Shown: positions 1 to 7,178, numbered from the stretch's first letter. The stretch: 32,000 nucleotides of DNA from Cupriavidus necator (GCF_016127575.1 NZ_CP066018.1:1230001-1262000); one strand, 5' to 3'. The notes: generated from the sequence alone by a model not told the origin. Program-made: numbers and translations.

Positions 1-1315
1 GCGCCTTCTTCACCGTATCGAACAGTTCCCCGATCTGGGCTTCAGAGATGATCAGCGGCGGCGAGAACGCCAGGATGTCGCCGGTGTAGCGCACCAGCAC
101 GCCGAGTTCCAGGCACTTCAGGAAGGCCTCATACGCGCGCGCGCCGGGCTGGCCGGGACGCGGCTCCAGCTCGATGCCGGCGACCAGGCCATAGTTGCGG
201 ATGTCCTTCACGTGCGGCGCGCCGCGTACGCCGTGCACCGCGGCTTCGAACACCGGCGCCAGTTCGGCGGCGCGGCCGAACAGGTTTTCGCGCTGGTACA
301 GGTCGAGGGTGGCAATGGCGGCAGCCGCGGCCAGCGGGTGGCCGGAGTAGGTGTAGCCATGCAGCAGCTCGATCGCGCCCGGCGCAGCCGAATTGACCAC
401 GGTGTCATGCACTTCGCGGCGCACGGCGACGGCGCCCATCGGCACCGCGGCGTTGTTGATCGCCTTGGCCATGGTGATCAGGTCCGGCGTGACCTTGAAG
501 CGCTCGGCCGCGGTGGCGGCGCCGAGGCGGCCGAAGGCGGTGATGACCTCGTCGAAGATCAACAGGATGCCGTGCTTGCTGGTGATTTCACGCAGCTTTT
601 CCAGGTAGCCGACCGGCGGCACCAGCACGCCGGCGGAGCCGGCCAGCGGCTCGACGATCACGGCGGCAACGTTGGACGGGTCGTGCAGCGCGAGGATGCG
701 CTCCAGCTCATCGGCCAGGTGCGCGCCCCATTGCGGCTGGCCCTTGGAGAAGGCGGCCTCGGCGATATTCAGCGTGGCCGGCAGGTGGTCGGTGCCCGGC
801 ATCAGGTTGGCCGAGAACGCCTTGCGGTTGGGGCCGATGCCGCCCACCGCCATGCCGCCGAAGCCCACGCCGTGATAGCCGCGCTCGCGCCCGATAAAGC
901 GCGTGCGCTGGCCTTCGCCGCGTGCACGGTGGTAGGCCAGCGCGATCTTCAGCGCGGTGTCGACCGACTCCGAGCCAGAGTTGGTGAAGAAGATGCGGTC
1001 GAGCCCCTGCGGCATGATCGCGGCCACCTTGGTGGCGGCCTCGAACGACAGCGGATGGCCCATCTGGAACGGCGGCGCATAGTCCAGCGTGGCGGCCTGG
1101 CGCGCTACCGCCTCGGCGATTTCCGTGCGGCAGTGGCCGGCGGCCACGCACCACAGGCCGGCGCAACCGTCCAGGATCTGGCGGCCGTCGTGGGTGGTGT
1201 AGTACATGCCGCTGGCCGACGCCAGCAGGCGCGGCGCCGCCTTGTACTGGCGGTTGGCGGTGAAGGGCATCCACAGGGCATCGAGATCGGGAATCACGGT
1301 CTTGGCGGCGTCCAT
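1..1315 (-). CDS. Class-III PLP-dependent omega-aminotransferase (omega-amino acid/beta-alanine--pyruvate transaminase-like); 3' end runs off the window
   Basis: Absent from the ORF track because no stop codon lies inside the window. My translation of the minus strand from ATG 1315..1313 gives MDAAKTVIPDLDALWMPFTANRQYKAAPRLLASASGMYYTTHDGRQILDG...FTNSGSESVDTALK...LIFDEVITAFGRLG...ITMAKAINNAAVPMG...GYTYSGHPLAAAAA. These are hallmark class-III aminotransferase blocks. A GGAGGA Shine-Dalgarno lies at 1319..1324 (minus strand). Confidence 0.9.
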   Translation of the reverse strand, partial: MDAAKTVIPDLDALWMPFTANRQYKAAPRLLASASGMYYTTHDGRQILDGCAGLWCVAAGHCRTEIAEAVARQAATLDYAPPFQMGHPLSFEAATKVAAIMPQGLDRIFFTNSGSESVDTALKIALAYHRARGEGQRTRFIGRERGYHGVGFGGMAVGGIGPNRKAFSANLMPGTDHLPATLNIAEAAFSKGQPQWGAHLADELERILALHDPSNVAAVIVEPLAGSAGVLVPPVGYLEKLREITSKHGILLIFDEVITAFGRLGAATAAERFKVTPDLITMAKAINNAAVPMGAVAVRREVHDTVVNSAAPGAIELLHGYTYSGHPLAAAAAIATLDLYQRENLFGRAAELAPVFEAAVHGVRGAPHVKDIRNYGLVAGIELEPRPGQPGARAYEAFLKCLELGVLVRYTGDILAFSPPLIISEAQIGELFDTVKKA

Positions 1316-1443
1316 ACGTCCTCCTAGGGGGAATCGGGTCGGATTGGCTGGTGGCACGCTGACTGGCAGCGCGGCGGCAATGAGGGCCACTCTACCGGCG
1401 GCGTCTGGCCGACAAAATATACAGTCCGGACAAGACTGCCTTA

Positions 1444-1475
1444 CCGTGCAGTTTGAACACGCCAAACCGTACAGG
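1444..1475. promoter_or_regulatory. Imperfect inverted repeat CCGTGCAGTTTG-N7-CAAACCGTACAGG in the aminotransferase/MocR divergent spacer; candidate MocR operator
   Basis: Read directly from the sequence. The reverse complement of the left arm is CAAACTGCACGG and the right arm is CAAACCGTACAGG. A third copy lies at 1609..1621. Function is inferred only from its position between a MocR regulator and its likely target gene. Confidence 0.3.
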
Positions 1476-1608
1476 CAAGCGTCATCGGGGTGCCGCCAGC
1501 CCGCCGCTGTGCCACGACCGCTCTGGACCGCGGTACGCCGTCCCACGCTGCACTGCGGCAAATTTCGCTTTGCGGAAGACCACCGCATCCTGGCCTGCCT
1601 CCAGCCGC

Positions 1609-1621
1609 TAAACTGTACAGG
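1609..1621 (+). promoter_or_regulatory. Third copy of the AAAC(C/T)GTACAGG motif, about 23 nt upstream of the MocR start codon
   Basis: TAAACTGTACAGG at 1609..1621 compared with CAAACCGTACAGG at 1463..1475. This is a direct repeat about 146 bp from copy 2. Confidence 0.25.
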
Positions 1622-1643
1622 TTCACGCCTGCCCGAGTGCCTG

Positions 1644-3104
1644 ATGCTGACCCTGAACCTGACCCGCACCCGCCGCGACGGCGACACCCTGACCGAGCAG
1701 ATCGTCGCCGGCATCGCCGCACTGGTCGAGCAGCGCGCGCTGCGCGCCGGCACCGCCCTGCCCTCGGTGCGCCGCTTTGCGCAGCACCACCACGTCAGCA
1801 CCTTCACCGTGGCCGAGGCCTACGGCCGGCTGACGGCGCTGGGCTACCTGGCGGCGCGCCCGGGCTCGGGCTATACGGTTGCACATCGCCATGCCCCGGC
1901 CGGGCACGCGCGCGCGCCGCAATGGGAGGCGCCGGGACTGAACGCAGCGTGGCTGCTGTCGGATGTGTTCGCCGACCACTCGGTGCCGATCAAGGCCGGC
2001 GCCGGCTGGCTGCCCGGCGACTGGCTCAACGAGGAAGGGCTGCACCAGGCCATGCGCGCCTCGGCGCGGGTGCCGGCGGCGCAGCTGTCGGGCTACGGCC
2101 ATCCGTATGGCTTTGCTCCGCTGCGCGAGCATATCGCCGCCGGCCTGGGCCAGTACGGCATCCCGCTGCAGGCGCAGCAGGTAGTACTGACGCAGGGCGC
2201 CACGCAGGCGCTGGACCTGGTGGTGCGCACACTGCTGCGTGCCGGCGACAGGGTGCTGGTGGAATCGCCCTGCTACTGCAACCTCTTGCAGATCCTGCGG
2301 CTGGCGGGGCTGCGCGTGGTGGGCGTGCCGCGCTCGGCGGCGGGGCTGGATACCGACGCGCTGGACGATGCCATCCGCGCCCATGCCCCGCGCGCGCTCT
2401 TTATCAATACCGTGCTGCAGAACCCGACCGGCGCCAGCCTGAGCAGCATGAACGCCTTCCGCGTGCTGCAGCTGGCCGAGCAGCACCGGCTGCTGGTGGT
2501 CGAGGACGATATCTACCGCGAGCTGGCGCCGGCCGGCTCGCCGATGCTGGCGGCCATGGACGGGCTGTCGCAGGTGGTCTACATCAATGGTTTCTCCAAG
2601 ACCATCACGCCGTCGCTGCGTGTCGGCTATCTGGCCGCCAGCCCCGACCTGGCCAAGGCCTTCGCGCGCACCAAGATGGCGGTCGGCCTGACCTCATCGG
2701 AAGTCACCGAGCGGCTGGTCTACTCGGTGCTGACCAGCGGCCACTACGGCCGCCATGTGGCGGCGCTGGCCGAGCGGCTGCGTGCGCAGCAGGATCGCGT
2801 GACGGAAAAGATGGAAGCCCACGGGCTGGAAGTGCTGCTGCGCCCCGAGGGCGGGATGTTCGCCTGGGCGCGCCTGACCGAGGCGGCGCAGGCGCGGCTG
2901 CAGGCCAGCCGCCGCGGCGGGCCGCTACACGGCAACCGCCTCGCCACGCTGGCGCTGGAGTATGGCATCTGGCTCGCGCCAGGGTCGTATTTCGAGCCGG
3001 ACGAGACCGATTCGCCATGGATCCGCTTCAACGTGGCCACCGGCGATGCGCCACAGCTGTGGCAGTTCTTCGACCGCCTGGCGCAGGCGCCGCGCGCGGC
3101 GTAG
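1644..3104 (+). CDS. MocR-subfamily GntR transcriptional regulator (N-terminal winged HTH plus C-terminal fold-type-I aminotransferase-like PLP domain)
   Basis: Track ORF 1206..3104, with the start moved to in-frame ATG 1644. The N-terminus MLTLNLTRTRRDGDTLTEQIVAGIAALVEQRALRAGTALPSVRRFAQHHHVSTFTVAEAYGRLTALGYL is a GntR-type wHTH. The C-terminal part is aminotransferase-like and includes FSKTITPSLRVGY, the PLP-lysine block. The gene is divergent from the aminotransferase gene. Confidence 0.9.
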   Translation: MLTLNLTRTRRDGDTLTEQIVAGIAALVEQRALRAGTALPSVRRFAQHHHVSTFTVAEAYGRLTALGYLAARPGSGYTVAHRHAPAGHARAPQWEAPGLNAAWLLSDVFADHSVPIKAGAGWLPGDWLNEEGLHQAMRASARVPAAQLSGYGHPYGFAPLREHIAAGLGQYGIPLQAQQVVLTQGATQALDLVVRTLLRAGDRVLVESPCYCNLLQILRLAGLRVVGVPRSAAGLDTDALDDAIRAHAPRALFINTVLQNPTGASLSSMNAFRVLQLAEQHRLLVVEDDIYRELAPAGSPMLAAMDGLSQVVYINGFSKTITPSLRVGYLAASPDLAKAFARTKMAVGLTSSEVTERLVYSVLTSGHYGRHVAALAERLRAQQDRVTEKMEAHGLEVLLRPEGGMFAWARLTEAAQARLQASRRGGPLHGNRLATLALEYGIWLAPGSYFEPDETDSPWIRFNVATGDAPQLWQFFDRLAQAPRAA

Positions 3105-3125
3105 CACCCGGGCAGCATGGAGCGG

Positions 3126-3215
3126 TCAGCTCCAGAGGCGCTCGACGAGCCAGCCCGCGGTGGCGCAGAGTCCCAGCCAGGCGGTCAGGCAGATAGCGAT
3201 AAAGCGATAACTCAT
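3126..3215 (-). CDS. Speculative 29-codon hydrophobic peptide (MSYRFIAICLTAWLGLCATAGWLVERLWS)
   Basis: Inner ATG (3215..3213) of track ORF 3126..3440. It has one predicted TM-like hydrophobic stretch and mostly G/C-ending codons in its second half. An AT-rich region with a palindrome lies about 50 nt upstream. It has no convincing Shine-Dalgarno and I recognise no homology. Confidence 0.2.
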   Translation of the reverse strand: MSYRFIAICLTAWLGLCATAGWLVERLWS

Positions 3216-3267
3216 CTTGGAATGGACAACAAAGTCGTGGAGGCAGTGTGAATTTTTCGTTAAATCA

Positions 3268-3291
3268 TACATCCATTCATGAATGTATGTA
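3268..3291. promoter_or_regulatory. 24-bp near-perfect palindrome TACATCCATTCA|TGAATGTATGTA in the only AT-rich patch between the small ORF and the CDF exporter gene; candidate operator
   Basis: Eleven of 12 positions are self-complementary; the only mismatch is the 3273/3286 pair. It is embedded in AATTTTTCGTTAAATCATAC...GTAAGG. The palindrome is directly visible, but I do not recognise its binding factor. Confidence 0.35.
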
Positions 3292-3481
3292 AGGACAGCG
3301 TGGATTCCCCGCTGGCAGCCAGGGTCTATTTGTACCGCAGGGAGCACACAAAGTACGCGCCAGCTGTCCCTGCAGCCGTCAGGGACGCGGCCGCCGAAGC
3401 GCCGGGGCTCTGCTACCCTTGAGCCTGCATTGCCCCACACGGGGTGACGATTTCAGCTCTCCAGCGCAGCAGAACCAGACC

Positions 3482-4471
3482 ATGCATAGCCACGACCTGT
3501 CCGCCTGGACCCACAGCCACGCCTTCGACGCCGGCAACCGCGCCGCCGAACGCGGCACACGCCTGGTGATGGCGATCACCGCCGCCACTATGGTGGTAGA
3601 GATCGCTGCCGGCCTTTGGTTCAACTCGATGGCGCTGCTGGCCGATGGCTGGCACATGAGCTCGCACGCGCTGGCCATCGGCCTGTCGGCCTTCGCTTAC
3701 GCCGCCGCGCGCCGCTACGCCGGTGACCGGCGCTTTGCCTTCGGCACGTGGAAGATCGAGGTGCTGGCCGGCTTTGCCAGCGCGGTGTTCCTGCTTGGCA
3801 TCGCGGCGCTGATGGCGGCCGGCTCGGTCGAGCGGCTGCTCAGCCCGCAGGACATCCACTACCGCGAGGCCATGGCCGTGACCGCGCTCGGCCTGCTGGT
3901 CAACCTGGGCTGCGCGCTGATCCTGGGCGGCCATGCGCACGGCCACGACCACGGGCACGACCATGGCCACCATCACCACGGCCACGACCATGATCACGGC
4001 CACAGCCACCACCACGACATCAACCTGCGCGCCGCCTACATGCATGTGCTGGCCGACGCCGCGACCTCGGTGCTGGCGCTGGTCGCGCTGGCCGGCGGCT
4101 GGTGGCTGGGCTGGGCGTGGCTGGATCCGGTGATGGGTCTGGTGGGCGCCGCGCTGGTCGGCAGGTGGGCCGTCTGCCTCCTGCGCCAGAGCGGCGCCGT
4201 GCTGCTGGACCGCGAGATGGACCACCCGGTGGTGGAAGAAGTGCGCGAGGTGCTGGCGGGCCTGGACCCTGCCGACGCCAACGGCGAGGAGCGCACCAGT
4301 GTGACCGACCTGCATGTCTGGCGCGTGGGCCGGCAGCAGTTTGCCTGCATCGCCTGCCTGGTCACGCACGATCCGGCGCTGACCCCGCAGCGCGTGCGCG
4401 AGGCGCTATCCGTGCATGAGGAACTGGTGCACGTGACGGTGGAGATCAGCCGCTGCGAGGGCGCGCACTGA
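3482..4471 (+). CDS. dmeF: Cation diffusion facilitator (CDF) divalent-metal efflux transporter, DmeF/CzcD-like, with His-rich cytoplasmic loop
   Basis: Track ORF 3419..4471 (TTG start) trimmed to ATG 3482. The protein begins MHSHDLSAWTHSHAFDAGNRAAERGT. It has the CDF TM blocks (LLADGWHMSSHA, YMHVLADAATS) and the loop HAHGHDHGHDHGHHHHGHDHDHGHSHHHD. Start choice follows typical DmeF N-termini, and no strong SD is present. The gene symbol rests on family resemblance only. Confidence 0.85.
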   Translation: MHSHDLSAWTHSHAFDAGNRAAERGTRLVMAITAATMVVEIAAGLWFNSMALLADGWHMSSHALAIGLSAFAYAAARRYAGDRRFAFGTWKIEVLAGFASAVFLLGIAALMAAGSVERLLSPQDIHYREAMAVTALGLLVNLGCALILGGHAHGHDHGHDHGHHHHGHDHDHGHSHHHDINLRAAYMHVLADAATSVLALVALAGGWWLGWAWLDPVMGLVGAALVGRWAVCLLRQSGAVLLDREMDHPVVEEVREVLAGLDPADANGEERTSVTDLHVWRVGRQQFACIACLVTHDPALTPQRVREALSVHEELVHVTVEISRCEGAH

Positions 4472-4495
4472 GGCGTGCCAGCGGTGCTTGCGGGT

Positions 4496-4939
4496 TCAGT
4501 CCAACTCGCACCACATGCATAGCGGCGGCGTATCGGTATGGCGGTGGAATTCGCTCGATGACATGACCTCGGCCGGCAGCTTCGCGGCCGGCACCAGCGT
4601 AAAACCGTAACGCGAGAAATAGCTCGGGCAGCTTGAGGCCAGCAGCACCGCGCGCCGCGCGCCGTTGGCGCGTGCGCGCATCAGCGCGGCGCGCACCACA
4701 TGCGTGGCCACGCCCTGGTCGCGGTGTTCCGGCAATACGGCAACGCTGCGGATCACCACGGTCTCGCCGAAACGCTCGCCGGCAGCGCAAGCAATGATCT
4801 GCGATCCAAGGATGGCGACGTGGAAGTGCTCGAGCAAGCGGGCCACATCGTCCACGGGCAGGCCGCAGCGTTCCAGCACGCTGCCCACGGCTGGCGCGTC
4901 CGAGGGCATGGCCGCCCGGATCCGCAAGTCCTTGATCAT
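4496..4939 (-). CDS. GNAT family N-acetyltransferase (ArsN2 / N-acetylglutamate-synthase-like)
   Basis: Track ORF of 147 aa. It has the acetyl-CoA binding block IRSVAVLPEHRDQGVATHVV and the C-terminal motif YFSRYGF...EF......C. A GAGAGG SD lies about 8 nt upstream of ATG 4939. Confidence 0.8.
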   Translation of the reverse strand: MIKDLRIRAAMPSDAPAVGSVLERCGLPVDDVARLLEHFHVAILGSQIIACAAGERFGETVVIRSVAVLPEHRDQGVATHVVRAALMRARANGARRAVLLASSCPSYFSRYGFTLVPAAKLPAEVMSSSEFHRHTDTPPLCMWCELD

Positions 4940-5257
4940 CTGGAGCCTCTCTTTCTCACATCACCTCGCGACGGGGACACCATGGAAGCCCGGACATGGT
5001 TGTGCCGCCATCCGGCGGCACGGGTTGCACGCAGGCCATGTGGCCTGGCAGGCAACATTACCCGATTCAGTGGCGTTGTTCTATTGGGGAAGTAACGGAA
5101 CAGAGGTGTCCGAAATGGCCCTCGCGATCACGGCAACTACGCGCACCACGACATGGCTGCCGTGCATGAAAGGTCCCTGTGACACGCGTATGAAAATGGG
5201 GGAAATTGCGCGGGCGCACGCAAGACTGCCCGGCAACTTGTGCCAGGCAAAGAAAAC

Positions 5258-5332
5258 TGGAGGCGGGGATACGGAATCGAACCGTCGTATACGGCTTTGC
5301 AGGCCGTTGCATCACCACTCTGCCACCCCGCC
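5258..5332 (-). tRNA. tRNA-Cys (anticodon GCA), CCA encoded
   Basis: The reverse complement is GGCGGGGTGGCAGAGTGGTGATGCAACGGCCTGCAAAGCCGTATACGACGGTTCGATTCCGTATCCCCGCCTCCA. The acceptor stem is GGCGGGG/CCCCGCC. The anticodon stem is ACGGC/GCCGT with loop CTGCAAA. The T-loop is TTCGATT, the discriminator is U73 and CCA is present. The T-stem/acceptor junction is non-canonical (see findings). Confidence 0.85.
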
Positions 5333-5414
5333 GCTGACGCCGCGTCTGTGCGACGCTACGTGCTGCGGGCCGCAGTGTAGCGGGAAATGGAAATCTTTGC
5401 AGGAGACGGCAAGG

Positions 5415-5891
5415 CTAGCCGATGCCGCCCATCGCGGACTGGATGTAGTTCTGCAACCCGACCTTGTTCACCAGTTCCAGCTGCGCCTCGAGCCAGTCGA
5501 TATGTTCCTCGGTGTCGGCAAGGATATCGACCACGATCTCGCGCGAGACATAATCGCCGACTGACTCGAAGAACTTGATCGCTTCCTTGCAGCTGGCCTG
5601 CGACACCTGTTCGAGCTTCAGGTCGCAGCCGAGCATCTCCTCGGTGTTCTCGCCGAGCAGCAGCTTGTCCAGGTCCTGCAGGTTGGGCAGGCCATCGAGC
5701 AGCAGGATGCGCTCGATCAGCTTGTCCGCGTGCTTCATTTCCTCGATCGATTCCTCGTACTCGTGCTTGCCCAGCGCACCGAGCCCCCAATGCCGGTACA
5801 TGCGGGCATGCAGGAAATACTGGTTGATTGCAGTCAACTCATGGCGTAGCTGGCCATTGAGCAACTGGATCACCTTCTTGTCGCTTTTCAT
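5415..5891 (-). CDS. bfr: Bacterioferritin
   Basis: Track ORF 5415..5903 trimmed to ATG 5891. The protein [37 protein letters not shown]...[22 protein letters not shown]...[15 protein letters not shown] is a canonical Bfr sequence of 158 aa. Confidence 0.95.
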   Translation of the reverse strand: MKSDKKVIQLLNGQLRHELTAINQYFLHARMYRHWGLGALGKHEYEESIEEMKHADKLIERILLLDGLPNLQDLDKLLLGENTEEMLGCDLKLEQVSQASCKEAIKFFESVGDYVSREIVVDILADTEEHIDWLEAQLELVNKVGLQNYIQSAMGGIG

Positions 5892-5934
5892 GACTGCCCC
5901 CAACGCCCCCTCAAAACCGATGGACCCACTCTCA

Positions 5935-5952
5935 TTTTCGTAATCACGAAAA
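5935..5952. promoter_or_regulatory. Dyad TTTTCGT-N4-ACGAAAA, 44-61 nt upstream of the bfr start, overlapping a second dyad (TAATCAC-N12-GTGATTA on the bfr strand); candidate operator or 5'-UTR hairpin
   Basis: Read directly from the sequence. On the bfr strand the region reads GGGATAATCACTGCGGGGTTTTCGTGATTACGAAAATGAG. The 19-mer TTTCGTGATTACGAAAATG matches a Fur-box-type consensus (GATAATGATTATCATTATC) at 11 of 19 positions by my count, which is weak. Confidence 0.25.
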
Positions 5953-6185
5953 CCCCGCAGTGATTATCCCGCCGCGGACTTCATGGTAGTCCGGCAAGAG
6001 CGGACATCAAGCAGATTCGGCCTCGCCGCCGCATTTTCACCGGGTTTTCACGCGCCATTGCGGATGCGAATACCAATGGTTTCCATTCGGTTTTCAAAAG
6101 CGCTTCGCTCGGCATCGTGCAAATAGAAGAGCGGGCGCACACGGCAATTGCCGCGCCGCCCGCCATCGGGAGCCACCCGTGAAAA

Positions 6186-7178
6186 TCAGTCGAGCTTCGC
6201 GCCCGAATCCGCCACCAGCGTCTTCAGCACCGGCCAGTCGCGCGCATACAGCGCCTGCGCCTCGGCCGGCGAGCTGCCCACCGTGCGCAGCCCCAGCGCG
6301 ACCAGTCGCTCCTGCATGTCGGGCGCCTGCAGGATGGCGCGCACTTCGCCTTCAAGCCTGGCGAGAATCGGCGCGGGCACGCCCACCGGCGCCACCAGGC
6401 CGATCCAGCCGACGGTCTTGAAGGCGCTGTCCTGCATGCCGGACTCAGCGAAGGTGGGCATGTCAGGCAGCGCGCTGCTGCGCTGCGTGCCGGTCACCGC
6501 CAGCGCCTTGAGCTTGCCGCTCTGGATATAGGGCTTGGCGGTCAGGATGCTGGCAAAGCCGAACTGCACCTGCCCGCCCAGCAGGTCCTGCATCATCGGC
6601 GCCTCGCCCTTGTAGGGCACGTGCGCGGCCTGGCCATGCACCAGCTTGCTGTAGTAGGCGCCGCTCAGGTGCGACAGCGAACCCACGCCCCACGAGGCAT
6701 AGCTGAGCTTGCCCGGCCGGCTGCGCGCGTAATCGCCCAGTTCGCGCACGGTGCGCGCCGGCACCGACGGATGGGCCACCAGCACCAGCTGCGCATCGGC
6801 CAGCACGCTGATCATGGTCAGGTCCTTGCGCGGGTCGTAGGGCAGTTTCTGGTACAGGAACTGGTTGGTCAGCACCGACTGCGTCAGGGTCATCAACAAC
6901 GTGTAGCCATCCGGCGCGGCCTTGGCCACGGCGTCGGTGCCGATGATGCCCGAGGCGCCCGCCTTGTTGTCCACCACCACGGGCTGGCCCAGGCGCTTGC
7001 TGAGCTTTTCGCCCATGGCACGGGCGATGGTGTCAGTGCCGCCGCCGGCCACATAAGGCACCACGATGCGGATTGGTTTGGCGGGATAGGTCTGTGCCGC
7101 GGCGGGCAGGGCCAGGCTGAGCGAAAGCCCGCCAATCAGCCCACCAGCGGCCAGCGCGAGCGATGCGCGTCGGTTCAT
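6186..7178 (-). CDS. Bug-family (TctC-like) tripartite tricarboxylate transporter substrate-binding protein
   Basis: Track ORF of 330 aa. It has the signal peptide MNRRASLALAAGGLIGGLSLSLALPAAAQ followed by the family blocks PIRIVVPYVAGGGTDTIAR and VVDNKAGASG. A GGAGA SD lies upstream of ATG 7178. Confidence 0.9.
   Translation of the reverse strand: MNRRASLALAAGGLIGGLSLSLALPAAAQTYPAKPIRIVVPYVAGGGTDTIARAMGEKLSKRLGQPVVVDNKAGASGIIGTDAVAKAAPDGYTLLMTLTQSVLTNQFLYQKLPYDPRKDLTMISVLADAQLVLVAHPSVPARTVRELGDYARSRPGKLSYASWGVGSLSHLSGAYYSKLVHGQAAHVPYKGEAPMMQDLLGGQVQFGFASILTAKPYIQSGKLKALAVTGTQRSSALPDMPTFAESGMQDSAFKTVGWIGLVAPVGVPAPILARLEGEVRAILQAPDMQERLVALGLRTVGSSPAEAQALYARDWPVLKTLVADSGAKLD

Noticed and set aside
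3292-3481. NiCo (czcD-motif) riboswitch upstream of the CDF exporter.
   Set aside because: The context would fit, but I cannot align the leader to the four-way-junction consensus from memory. To my knowledge that class is mainly found in Firmicutes. I keep it only as a check (cmscan) under the leader finding, not as a call.
5981-6166. Bfd (bacterioferritin-associated ferredoxin) gene upstream of bfr.
   Set aside because: The 61-aa track ORF (MAGGAAIAVCARSSICTMPSEALL...) lacks the Cys-x-Cys...Cys-x2-Cys [2Fe-2S] pattern. Its composition is non-coding-like, and no other frame encodes a Bfd-like peptide.
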